Both the position numbers and the translations under genes were made by a program. The notes beneath the pieces are model-generated. The model ran no database searches and was not told the DNA's origin. It worked only from the letters and a program-made list of their open reading frames with translations. A stretch of 19,107 nt of DNA from Ginkgo biloba. Lineage: Eukaryota; Plantae; Ginkgophyta. Below are positions 1 to 9,300 of this stretch, piece after piece; position 1 is the stretch's first letter; each line of letters starts with the position of its first letter. The stretch is taken from contig JANKJI020000004.1 in the NCBI GenBank assembly GCA_024626585.2, positions 3,491,374-3,510,480 on the forward strand, given 5' to 3'.

Positions 1-918
1 AAGGCTGGATGAAGACAATTAGAGGCATTTTGTGGAAAGGCATGAGAAGGATCTCATGTATTCTTCATACCACAGGAGGATGAGGTAGGAGCATCTAATT
101 TTGGACCGATAATAGTAAATTCTAATATTAGTTTTGGAAAGATTGACACGAAGATGAGATTGATGGTCACATTCACCATCAATGATAGACAAGGGGAAAA
201 TCCATAACAACAACAAGCTAACACCGATTATGACATTGACAAGGTAAGATGATATATATAAGGGGAGGCAGTAACAAAGATCATCGATGACCATGACAAG
301 AGACCAACAACAACATAAAAAAATTGACAAGATGAGAGTTTGGGGTCACGACGGGAGTTTTGACATATAGGAATTAATGGCAGTTGTTGGAGGATACCTA
401 CCAACAAACTCATCACTTGATAATGAAGAGTAAAGGCAACTTCAAGGCCTCACCAAACTCGAGTAGAAGGGGAATTTTGGGTGCCAAAGAGAACCTTTTG
501 AAAATGGGGGAAAAGGAGAGAATGCAAAAAGGAAGAGAAGAGAAGATAAGAGAGGAGGAGAGAATGCCAAGGAGTAGAGGGAGAGAATGAAGCAAAGAAA
601 TAAGGAGGCTAAGAAGATTGTTGAATGTGAGGTAGATCAGGAAGGAGAATCGAAGATGAAGGAAAGGAAATAGGAAGACCATCAACCATGACGCATCCTA
701 GGGGATAGGCATATGAGAGAAATAAGGAGAGTGTGGCTTTGTAGTTGAAAATATTTTGTATTATACATGTAAACCCCTTTGGGGTTGTTATTAATATAAG
801 AATTATATTCCTTGTTCAAATTTCTCTACGTACCTATACATTTTTGAATTTTATATATCTATTTCTCTCCTACCATGTTTACTAGTTTCATTATCCACCA
901 TTCTTGGGGTTGCATTCA
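1..918 (+). mobile_element. Possible degenerate LTR/retroelement remnant (purine-rich segment followed by T-rich U5-like segment ending ...GTTGCATTCA)
   Basis: Architecture resembles the LTR at 5564-6517: GA-rich low-complexity block at about 500-730, T-rich block at about 750-900, and an end GGGGTTGCATTCA similar to ...GACTGCATCA. No PBS or partner LTR is visible. Inference only. Confidence 0.25.
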
Positions 919-924
919 TTTGAT

Positions 925-1350
925 TTTTGGCCAGGAATGTTGGGTGGCTACATAGTTATGCAAGAAAATATCAGTGAAGAGATTGATATTTAAAAATAAA
1001 TATGTCTCAGTGTTATATCTATAGGAGGTCAAAGTAGTAGGCTTCAAGCTTCATACAACCCTTAATGCCATTTGTCCAAGAAAGGTTAATTTTTTTTCTA
1101 ATCACCATGATGGGAAAGGTGGAGTAGTAACCATCTTATTAGCCTCCTTAGAAAAAACTATAATTGATTGGGGATGAGACCTTACCAATAGAGTGTTATG
1201 GATCCTTTGTCACATTGATGGACATACCTCAGGCATAATAAACATTTATGCCTCTAGTTCGCATACTAAGGGAGGTCAACTTTAGCAGTGGTTGGCATAC
1301 AAGCTCCTTGTAGCATCTTAGATCCTTTAAGGGGATTTTAACATGATAGA
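925..1350 (+). mobile_element. LINE (L1-like) ORF2 APE-endonuclease remnant, degenerate, truncated by assembly gap
   Basis: Manual translation gives ...RNVG... (WNVRG-like), YL*EVK (LQEVK motif), SNHHDGKGGVVTIL, RVLW, GIINIYASS and IL*GDFNMI. These are the ordered APE-type endonuclease motifs, with several stops. Confidence 0.8.
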
Positions 1351-1659
1351 NNNNNNNNNNNNNNNNNNNNNNNNNNNNNNNNNNNNNNNNNNNNNNNNNN
1401 NNNNNNNNNNNNNNNNNNNNNNNNNNNNNNNNNNNNNNNNNNNNNNNNNNTTGATATTATTTGACGATATTCGCTTTTGTGTTTTCATTTACTCTTGATG
1501 ATTATGCTACTTTACACAGACCAATGTGCTAGGTTATTTTATACATAATTTTTTTACAACTCGAATTACAGTACTTGCAAAAAAATCAAGTGAGAGGTCG
1601 AAAATAAATCAATAATTTCATAATTCCACTGGTCTTAATCATTTGCAAATGACAACTAA

Positions 1660-2715
1660 CATTAGATGTGCTTATGTGTGCAATTTTTATGGAATATTTG
1701 CGTTTGGAGGTCATGATGGGTTTTTTTGGATGCTGTTTTAAGGGATAGTTGCAGATCTAAATGCTTTTGAGTTTTGTTCATTGTGGTCACTGGGGTTTTG
1801 GAATCAAACAGGGTTGAGATTTGTTTTGGAACTTTTATTTTTAGTTGAGATAGGTTGAGAAAGGTTGTGGCTGTGTGAAGTTTGACAGTAGTAAGATTTT
1901 CCTCTTGGGAAATAGTGCTTTCAAGTTTTTTGGAGGTTCTGAGTGGCTTGATAAACCTTTGAATGCTTGATGCTTTTAGGGTTTTTCTTATGAGCAAGAT
2001 AATGTAAAACTTGATTTGCTGAACTTGGATGAGGGGATTCTTATGAGCTTGCTTTTGGAAATAAGAAATATCCTTTTGGGGTAAGATCTCAGGTTAACTG
2101 GTATGGGAAGCCATGCCAGTGGTGATGATTTTGGCTTGTAGGACTTAGTTTAAGGTAGGTAGGCTCTCTGAGGTGGTTTTTGGGGGAGAATTGGCCAAAA
2201 AGTTTTATTATGCAATATTGCTTTTGCATATGGAATGAAGTAGGAAAAATCAGGTTTGATGAAGTTGTGGGAATATTGGCCACAAAATTTGACAACGATT
2301 CTTCTGTTGGATGGGGTTTGGTGGGGATGAAATGAAGTGTTCCGAATAGTATTCTATGGATTACGATCTGATGGATCTGCCCTGGAAAACGTAAACTACC
2401 TTGAAATGGGCTTGTCAAGGCATTTGAGGATCTGATTCCATCAATTATACAATCCACTGAGGTCATTGGGTCTTGTTTAGTGTTCATGTGGGAGAGTAGT
2501 GTGACTTTATGACCAATTGTTAGGGGCACCAAGATAGCAACCCCATTGACCGTAAGAGTATGCACTTTGGTGGAGATTCATCAATGTGATGTTCCCAAAG
2601 TGTAGTCCATGTATTGAGGACTTGATCCTTTCACCCGATTGGTCAGAGTTGAAATTTTATGGAGATGTACTTAGACTGTGGACTATTTATGTACTGAGAG
2701 GGGCCTGCATGCTGA
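1660..2715 (-). mobile_element. Degenerate Ty3/gypsy (Tat/Athila-like) pol fragment: retropepsin-like region plus protease-RT spacer
   Basis: Minus-strand peptides HAGPL (HNDPL-like), VAILVPLTIGHK (ITLPITVG-like) and IRSSNALTSPFQGSLRFP (WIHxMxAxPSTxHxxLKFP-like) match weakly but in the expected order. The 1791-2432 part recurs at 18299-18943, upstream of a clear Tat-like FAWTYEDM motif. Confidence 0.4.
1791..2432 (+). repeat. Dispersed ~640-bp repeat, copy 1 (copy 2 at 18299-18943, same orientation)
   Basis: Direct alignment by eye from TGGGGTTTTGGAATCAAA to CTTGTCAAGGCATTTGAGGATC. The copies are colinear with many substitutions (roughly 85% by eye). Confidence 0.95.
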
Positions 2716-2729
2716 TAATATACTTAGAG

Positions 2730-3150
2730 TTGCTCATCCTGGTGAAAAAGCGAGAAGACGGTTCTCTGAAGGTTTCATTATTCAGAACCGTATGTCCTGA
2801 TTTTAGGAAAGGCAGTTGTAGACACGTTGATGCCTTTGAATTTGCTCATGGAGTGTTGGAATGCTGGATGCATCCTGCGAGATATCGAACCCATACTTGT
2901 AAAGATGGAAGAAATTACAGGCGTTGAGTTTGCTTCTTTGGACATACCCTGAAAAACTCCGTCTGTTTCCTGGAGCATCGTTCCAAAGTCCACAGTCACA
3001 TGGAGTCAATGCTATTGCCTCGAGAAGCATGCTTCATGCTTGTCTCAAAATTTGTTTGACATTAGTGTTTCTCTAGCGTCGAACATGCTTGCCTCGAGCC
3101 CTGTTTTGCACTATCGTCATCTGGATAGATTGGCTTCTATGCCCTCTACC
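2730..3150 (+). pseudogene. Plant tandem CCCH zinc-finger (RR-TZF family, AtTZF/SOMNUS-like) gene fragment, disrupted
   Basis: [68 protein letters not shown] matches the RR-TZF signature (C-x7-C-x5-C-x3-H / C-x5-C-x4-C-x3-H). Lesions: frameshifts near 2761 and 2785, TGA at 2767 and 2925, Cys->Phe and Cys->Tyr ligand losses. The N-terminal SHDWTEC part is missing. The conserved core ends near 2965; the 3' limit at 3150 is approximate. Confidence 0.92.
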
Positions 3151-3162
3151 TATCTATATATA

Positions 3163-3189
3163 CTAGTCCTTTGTCTGTGGCAAATAATT
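3163..3189 (-). mobile_element. Helitron-type 3' terminus, copy A (hairpin half-truncated)
   Basis: Plus strand A|CTAGTCCTTTGTCTGTGGCAAATAATT, i.e. minus strand ...AATTATTTGCCACAGACAAAGGACTAG|T, followed by a TA run. Same motif as at 4458 and 4566. CTAG|T is the canonical Helitron 3' junction. Confidence 0.65.
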
Positions 3190-3769
3190 CCTAGTGACCA
3201 AGACCCATTGTCTCACTTTCATCTTTTCCATATTCGTGGTGCCAATAAAGCAAGACATCAAGCACACCCTCAATTTACTCCAACTTTGTGGAGTAGTGAT
3301 AAAGGCAAATTAACAACAATAACTTGTCAACTATTTATATAGCGAGCATGCGCAAATCTGAACATGTAGACAAAAAACATAACCAAATAATAAATAGATA
3401 TAACAAAGGAAATACCAACGGTAAATTTAATCATTTAATGATTTCTTTAAACCACAAAATTATATACTATTTAATCATAATTAATTATGTGTTTAACTGC
3501 TCAAAATACAATAGAAAAATAAAAATAAATTTCAAAATCTATCGAATTTATCTTAGTAGATGAGAGAATATGAATCCAACGTCNNNNNNNNNNNNNNNNN
3601 NNNNNNNNNNNNNNNNNAAAATGAATAATTAAAAAGATGGATCCAAATTCTCTTTCATTTTTTTTAACTAGGGGCAATAAATTTCACTTACCTAAAGTGA
3701 GGTGACTTAGAGACATACATAATGAATTTCCTTTATATAAATTTGTGTTTATAACCCAAAACAACTTTA

Positions 3770-4303
3770 GAGCCTCCAAGCCTCCAATTTATTATCGTTT
3801 CCTGCATCACTCTTACCAGTCAAGGCGACTCCCTTTTTGACTCCATCCTCTTCTAACCTTTCAAAAAATATCTTCGTTGTTCCCACTCTTGCAAATCCAT
3901 TTTGGAATGCTCGCTTTTTGGCAAGTTTAGGATTCTTCCAAGGAGCTCGCATTTCAATCCTGCGACCTCGAGATGAAAAGTTTTAAGTCCTCGTATAAAA
4001 TGTCAAGCCTTGATGTTTAAAAAACTCAAAGAAAATGTAACTTCAACTACTACATTCAAGCATTGCTTCAGTGAGCGAAAGGATGGCTTCATGTACTACA
4101 AGGGAGTGAATCTATAGGATGTGTTGGACATGATGGAAATAAGTCCCTTCTATCTATACAACAAAGCTCTGATCACCAAGAATTTTAAAACTTATAATAC
4201 TGCGTTGGAAGGTCTGCATTTCATCATAGGGTGCGTAAGATTTTTTATTCTTGAACATTTGAGGAACCTGGGTTGTGGAGCAATCCTAATGAGTGGGAAT
4301 GAG
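3770..4303 (+). pseudogene. lysA: Plastid diaminopimelate decarboxylase (lysA/DAPDC) 5' gene fragment, disrupted
   Basis: 4055-4303 translates FKHCFSERKDGFMYYKGVNL*DVLDMMEISPFYLYNKALITKNFKTYNTALEGLHFIIGCVRFFILEHLRNLGCGAILMSGNE, matching the plant DAPDC N-terminus. It has TAG at 4115, and the YAIKANNN (PLP-lysine) motif is lost. Upstream 3770-4054 reads as a Ser/Leu/Pro-rich transit-peptide-like sequence with RIKCQA and a frame break. Homology stops at SGNE. Confidence 0.92.
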
Positions 4304-4457
4304 GATGTTGAGCACCCCCTACAGCTCTGGTCTTTCTCCAATCTTCTCGAACAATTGAAAGTTTCAGGTCGCATGGAATTTCATTCCTGGCAGGGTGGAT
4401 TTGAAAGTTTTTTGCAATTCAATTTTTAGGGGGAAGCACCACCAAGGTATTATTTTT

Positions 4458-4489
4458 CTAGTCCTTTGCCCGTGTCAAATAATTGCCAC
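4458..4489 (-). mobile_element. Helitron-type 3' terminus, copy B (best preserved hairpin)
   Basis: Plus strand CTAGTCCTTTGCCCGTGTCAAATAATTGCCAC: an 18-nt hairpin GTGTCAA-ATAA-TTGCCAC (4472-4489) lying 10 nt from CTAG, the standard Helitron 3' geometry on the minus strand. Confidence 0.75.
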
Positions 4490-4565
4490 ATCACACCTAA
4501 AAAAGTTAGATTTTCTATTTCATCTGTCTAAATTGAATACTATTACACACAATCTAAATATTACA

Positions 4566-4598
4566 CTTAGTCCTTTACCTGTGGAAAATAATTTTCAC
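4566..4598 (-). mobile_element. Helitron-type 3' terminus, copy C (degenerate end)
   Basis: Plus strand CTTAGTCCTTTACCTGTGGAAAATAATTTTCAC: the same motif with hairpin GTGGAAA-ATAA-TTTTCAC and a mutated CTAG. Confidence 0.65.
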
Positions 4599-5563
4599 AA
4601 GTATTTTTGTATTTTTATGGTATCTTTCTCTTCTTGTGCTTTCAACTTCGACTAGCACTGGAAAAATGGATGATCATCATAGATTTTAATTGGTAGGTTG
4701 TAAAGACTTTGAAGTGGATCCTCCACATAATTCTCTCAATATATTAAAAAGAATTAGAAAGTGATTTTAAAATAGATTTATTGTTATGTTTTCTATGCTT
4801 CTCGAAAAAAAAAAAAGAGGCAAAAAATGTAAAATCTATTCAAAATTCTAGAAAACATAGAATATTTTTTTTTTTTNNNNNNNNNNNNNNNNNNNNNNNN
4901 NNNNNNNNNNNNNNNNNNNNNNNNNNNNNNNNNNNNNNNNNNNNNNNNNNNNNNNNNNNNNNNNNNNNNNNNNNNNGAAGTCACTTGGATCTAAGGAAAA
5001 TAACTAGTTCTCTAATTGATGTGTTTGAATGACATTGGTATTTCTAAAAAGGATTTTTAACTTCTCCCAAACTACATTTAGACTTTCCAAGTCTTGGATG
5101 CAAAACTTCAGCTCGTCTAAGACTAAAATATTGATAAAACCTTAGGCTTCATCACATCAATTTATTAACTTGGCTTTCTCAAAATCCTTGGCATCTTTTG
5201 TTCCTATTCCCATGGTGACTCTGTACAACCCTTTGCTTGTTATTAGATCAACCATTAATGTCTTCCAGGATTAATAGTTTTATGGTGTTAAGAGTATAAT
5301 TTTGTTAGAAACCATTCTACAAATGATTATAAAAAAACATATGATTAGAATATAGTGATGTTATAGAAATTCTTAAAACTTAAGTATAAGTAGTTGTTTA
5401 TAGAAAGGAGAAAGTACTTATAAGAAATAAATAATTATTTTAAATAATGACATAAACCACAAGTGTTTCGAAGTTTCACACACAAAAATAATAATACAAG
5501 GCACAAAAAATCTATTCCTTACACCCCCCTTTAAAGGTGTGTTATGCACCAAATAGTGCAAAA

Positions 5564-6517
5564 TGATGTCCCCCCTTACTGCTTATAATTTTATAGTTTA
5601 CAACTTGCCTAATAAAGGGTTATAATGATTTTTATAAAAGTACAACAAATTATAAATTTTAAAAATAAATATTTGGAAGGAGAGAGAGGAAGGAGAAGAA
5701 GAGAAGTTGATTGGGGAGAACAAGGAGCATCCTTAGAAGAGTAGTGAATGAGTCTACTAAGAGGAGAGAAAAGAAGGGAGCCATGATCTCTAGAGACAAA
5801 GAAGGAAAAGAAAGAAGGAGAAGGAGAAGAAAGAGAGGAAGAAGATGACCGTAAAAAAGAAGAGAAGCCAAGGGTTTGGCACAGTGAGGCAATATATAAT
5901 AGGTTTAGAGAAAAGAGCAAGGAGCAGTGAGCTTTGAAGGAAAGAAGAGAAGAAAAGAAGAAGATGATGAGAAGACCATGGAGGAAAAGAAAAGAAGAAG
6001 AGGAAGGCATTTGGGTCCAAGAGAAGGGGCCTTACAAGGACTACGAAGTTCAATTGGTGGAGATCCATGAGGGTTTGGTGGCAGAACTGTCGATAGAGGC
6101 ACCACAATCGAGAAGAGGATGGGTTTGGGTCTACAGATAGACCTTGCAGGGCTATGAGCAGCCTATTTATGGAAGATAATATGGAGGCCGAGACAAGATG
6201 TCAAGAAGAGTGGGTGTGGGCTTCGAGTGAGGAGTTTGATAATGCAACTAAAACCCTCGAGGGGGATGTTTGTATGTAATTTTTGGAATTAAGCTGTGGG
6301 TCAATATTTTATGTAAAAGTTGTGAATTTAATGAAATGAAGCTATTTTCTTATTTTCGCTCCTTGTGAATGTGTTTGCAATTTTTTTGGTTTTTAAAGCA
6401 TTTCTGTGGTTTTTGTGTGTTAGGCTAAGAGCCATTTGTAAAGGGACAAAGTCAATTGTCTTGTAGGATCCTGGGTAGCGACTAGTGGTTTGAGGGTTTG
6501 AGGAGTTGACTGCATCA
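5564..6517 (+). mobile_element. 5' LTR (~954 bp) of an LTR retrotransposon (probably Ty3/gypsy or non-autonomous)
   Basis: Inverted termini TGATG(5564)...CATCA(6517), followed after a 2-nt spacer by PBS-like TGGTATTAGAGC. The 3' end is well supported; the 5' start is inferred from the inverted repeat only. Confidence 0.65.
5670..6010 (+). repeat. GAA/GAG purine-rich low-complexity tract inside the LTR
   Basis: Runs of GAAGAA/GAGAGA. These explain the spurious Ser/Phe/Leu-rich minus-strand ORFs. Confidence 0.8.
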
Positions 6518-6519
6518 TC

Positions 6520-6531
6520 TGGTATTAGAGC
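6520..6531 (+). other. Primer-binding site (tRNA-iMet type, one C->T mismatch)
   Basis: TGGTATTAGAGC versus canonical TGGTATCAGAGC, immediately after ...CATCA. Confidence 0.75.
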
Positions 6532-6564
6532 ATAGGAGTGCTCGTTGAGAACTTTGGTAGTAAT

Positions 6565-7720
6565 ATGAGTTCAAGGACCATGAAGAAGGTGAGGTTGGCC
6601 TATTATGAGAGAAGGGCAACAATAGTCCATAGGGAGATAACGACCTTAATGAGAAGGCTTGAGGTATTGGAAGCCAAGAATCAAAGAGTAAAAGAGATGG
6701 AAGCATAAAAGCAAAGGCAAAAGAAAGGAGGAGAAGAAGAACCTGAGGATAGGATTTTAGCTATGGAGAAGCATGCAAGTAATAGAGAGGAGATTTTTGA
6801 AGAGCCCATTGAAGGGTCGATTGAAGAGGAACTAACTACAATTCAATGCGAAGAATAAATTATGGTGATTTTGGATGAGCCCATGCAATGGCATGGTGAA
6901 GAGGCACATGCAAAGGTTCCATGTAAAATGGAGGAACAAGAGGTTCCATATGAGTCACAGGTCGATGATTCATGGGAAGATGTAATGGCAATGTTTCTAG
7001 ATGAGCCCATGGAGTGGTTAGAGGAAGAAAAGGCACATGATGACATACTGCATGAAGAGCAGGTTCCATGTGAGGAACCAAAAGTTGAAGAAGAAGATGA
7101 GGAAGGCAGTAAGCAAGATGAAAAAATAGAAGAGAAGATTGATGATGAAGCCATAGAGGATGGCCATGGTGATGTTGGCGATAACAATAATCAAGCTGAG
7201 GGATCTCTGAGAGAGCTTGAATTTTAGGAAAATGAGCAACTAGAGGAGAAGGATAGCAAAGTGAGCAAGGAGCCTATGGAGGGGGAAACAAAAGGTATAG
7301 AGTAGTTGGGAAAATGACCCAAAAAATAGTCAGTGAATGACCAAGAGTGGTCAACGAATGTGGGAGTGTGGTCATCCAATGACCAAAGAAGATGGGTGAA
7401 CGACTACGGGAGGTCAAAAAATGAATAGAAAATGGAAAGCGAGCAGTCCACAAAAGGTTGGATGAACATCTCAAAGGAGGTGAGTGAGCAGACCATTGGA
7501 GGTTAAAAGAACGAACCAAAGAAGGCGACATAAGTAGCACAAGGTGATGGCACATAGGAGAATGTGGATTCTTGAGAGGAGCATGTGCAAGACTATAGTA
7601 GGAAAAAGTTGCAAAATGTAAAGGATGAAGGAGTGAATGTAGGTGCCATGGTGAAAGAAAAATTGTATGTTGTAGGTACCCACATATGAGACCAGAGGAG
7701 ATGAGGCGAGGATGCCAATA
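6565..7720 (+). pseudogene. Decayed long ORF of the LTR element (Glu-rich, then basic; no recognisable gag/pol motif)
   Basis: ATG at 6565 is in frame with ORF 6862-7227 and continues in that frame to at least about 7720. It is interrupted by TAA/TAG/TGA codons in contexts consistent with CAA/CAG/CGA. It contains a 126-bp (42-aa) repeat DEPM(Q/E)W...EQVP at 6874 and 7000. Confidence 0.5.
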
Positions 7721-8231
7721 GAGCACTTAGAATGAGTGTTAGATGAGATGAGATAATTGGATAAGTACACCAGTAGGTGTTGGGAGAAGTAGAAGGAGAA
7801 AGTTGCCAAAGAGCAGTGTGTGGAATGCGAGAGAAGAATAGAGGGATTTGTGTGAATAATAGTAGAGAGAGAAGAAGAAGGGCATGAGTCGGGGTTCATG
7901 CAAAATTTGGTAAGAAAGGGAGGATGATGCAGGACCATCTCCCATTTTGGGTATTTTGGCCAAATGAGCTTTGGCGAAAGGAGTTTTAGTGAGTTAGAAG
8001 GTCCTTTTGGACGAATAGGCTTAAGGGCCATGGGTGAACAACCTAAAGGAAGTTTTATATGGAGCGATGAAAGAGTAGGTGAAAGATAGCCATAGATAGG
8101 GATCAAAAAATTATGGCGATCTGTCAAATTAGTTTTGATTAATAATCTTGGGAAGGCCAACAAATGAAAAACTTAGGTGAGCAACAAATGGACTGAAGGG
8201 GTCTGACGGATGGGCCAAAGAATTAAAAGGA

Positions 8232-8430
8232 AGAAAATGACCATAAAATAATGTTGAGCATTCTCAACTAAGTTAGTGAACGACCCAAAGAAATGAGAAG
8301 GGAAAATGGCCAACGAATAATGTGGGGCATTTTTTTCCAGGTTAGAGAATGACCTAAAGGAAAAGAGGAGAAAAGAGGTGCAACGAATAGTGTGGGGCAT
8401 TCATTGCTAGGTTGGCAAACTGCCTAAAGG
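8232..8430 (+). repeat. ~70-bp tandem repeat, about 3 diverged units, in the LTR element internal region
   Basis: The core A(A/G)TGT(T/G)G(A/G)GCATT...GTTAG...GACC(C/T)AAAG recurs at about 8250, 8319 and 8389. Confidence 0.8.
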
Positions 8431-8598
8431 CCATGACGGGAATTTTTTAGAATGGAAATTTAAGGTGTTTTAAGCACCAAAAAAGGGACAAGTTGGTTNN
8501 NNNNNNNNNNNNNNNNNNNNNNNNNNNNNNNNNNNNNNNNNNNNNNNNNNNNNNNNNNNNNNNNNNNNNNNNNNNNNNNNNNNNNNNNNNNNNNNNNN

Positions 8599-9300
8599 CT
8601 ATACTTCTATTACACTTGGTGTCCATCATTCCCCATAATGTCATCCAAAAATGTCTTAAAAATCAACCATCTTGATCTGAAATGACAGACTCTAGAATTT
8701 TGAAATAAAACCATACATGATGGAAAAATATCTTGGCTGCCTCTTATCTAGAGATTGTATTTTTACATGGAATCAACACTACCAACCTTTATCACGTTAG
8801 AAGTATGGGCTTCTCTTCTCCCCAATGGGAATACACAACTTGTCATTGTAGTACAAAAATCCCTCTTGCAAGTGATTCTATTCATCATTCCCCCCATCAT
8901 AATGCTACCACAATTGGATGAAGGTCTTTGTTGGCCTCATATTGACCACCAAAATATTACATAGAAAATGATTTCAACTTCATTATTACCATCAAGGCAA
9001 TCACTTTAAGTAGTCTTAACAACATGTTAACGATCTTCTTTGTCACGCCTTCTTATACCTGATGACAAGGTTGAACTATTGTAGGTATGTCATCCACTTA
9101 GCATGCCTCACTTGCTATAAATTTATTCATGTTTAAAAAAATTGAAGCAACTAATGGTTGGTGTGGATTACTATCTCCTTATCCAAGGTATAATGCCTCT
9201 AATGTTTCACTACTTAGTGCATAATAAAAAAAATATTTTTTATATGTTGGATAGTCCAAAGCATCTCCTGATAGGTTCTCTGAATGATAGGTGTATACAG
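8599..9300 (-). mobile_element. Ty3/gypsy pol fragment (RNase H to integrase), degenerate with internal deletion
   Basis: Minus-strand peptides in order: YHSENLSGDALDYPTY, RHY..DKEIVIHTNH, RHAKWMTYLQ*FNLVIRYKK (RNase H); HLQEGFLYYNDKLCIP, REAHTS; IPCKNTI..EAAKIFFHH, SVISDQDG*FLRHFWMTLWGMMDTK (integrase core). RNase H before integrase is gypsy order. Confidence 0.88.

Noticed and set aside
3191-3220. Additional CTAG with weak AGAC/GTCT stem as a fourth Helitron end
   Set aside because: The stem is only 4 bp and is unrelated to the repeated terminus motif.
4055-4303. lysA fragment as bacterial horizontal transfer or contamination
   Set aside because: It matches the plant-type N-terminus (KHCF..DGF.Y) and is preceded by a transit-peptide-like region, so it is of host nuclear origin.
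4781-5032. ORFs containing X runs (also near 8.5, 9.7, 11.2, 15.3 and 17.2 kb)
   Set aside because: Artefacts of translating through assembly gaps.
5516-5560. Short palindromes (ACACC..GGTGT, TGCAC..GTGCA) as MITE ends or a terminator
   Set aside because: Stems are about 5 bp with no partner TIR or TSD; expected by chance.
5609-6140. Cluster of ORFs (Ser/Phe/Leu-rich on minus, Glu/Lys-rich on plus) as genes
   Set aside because: By-products of the GAA/GAG low-complexity tract within an LTR; no domain motifs.
7274-8163. 150-aa and 230-aa minus-strand ORFs as proteins
   Set aside because: Antisense shadows of purine-rich LTR-internal sequence; no recognisable motifs.
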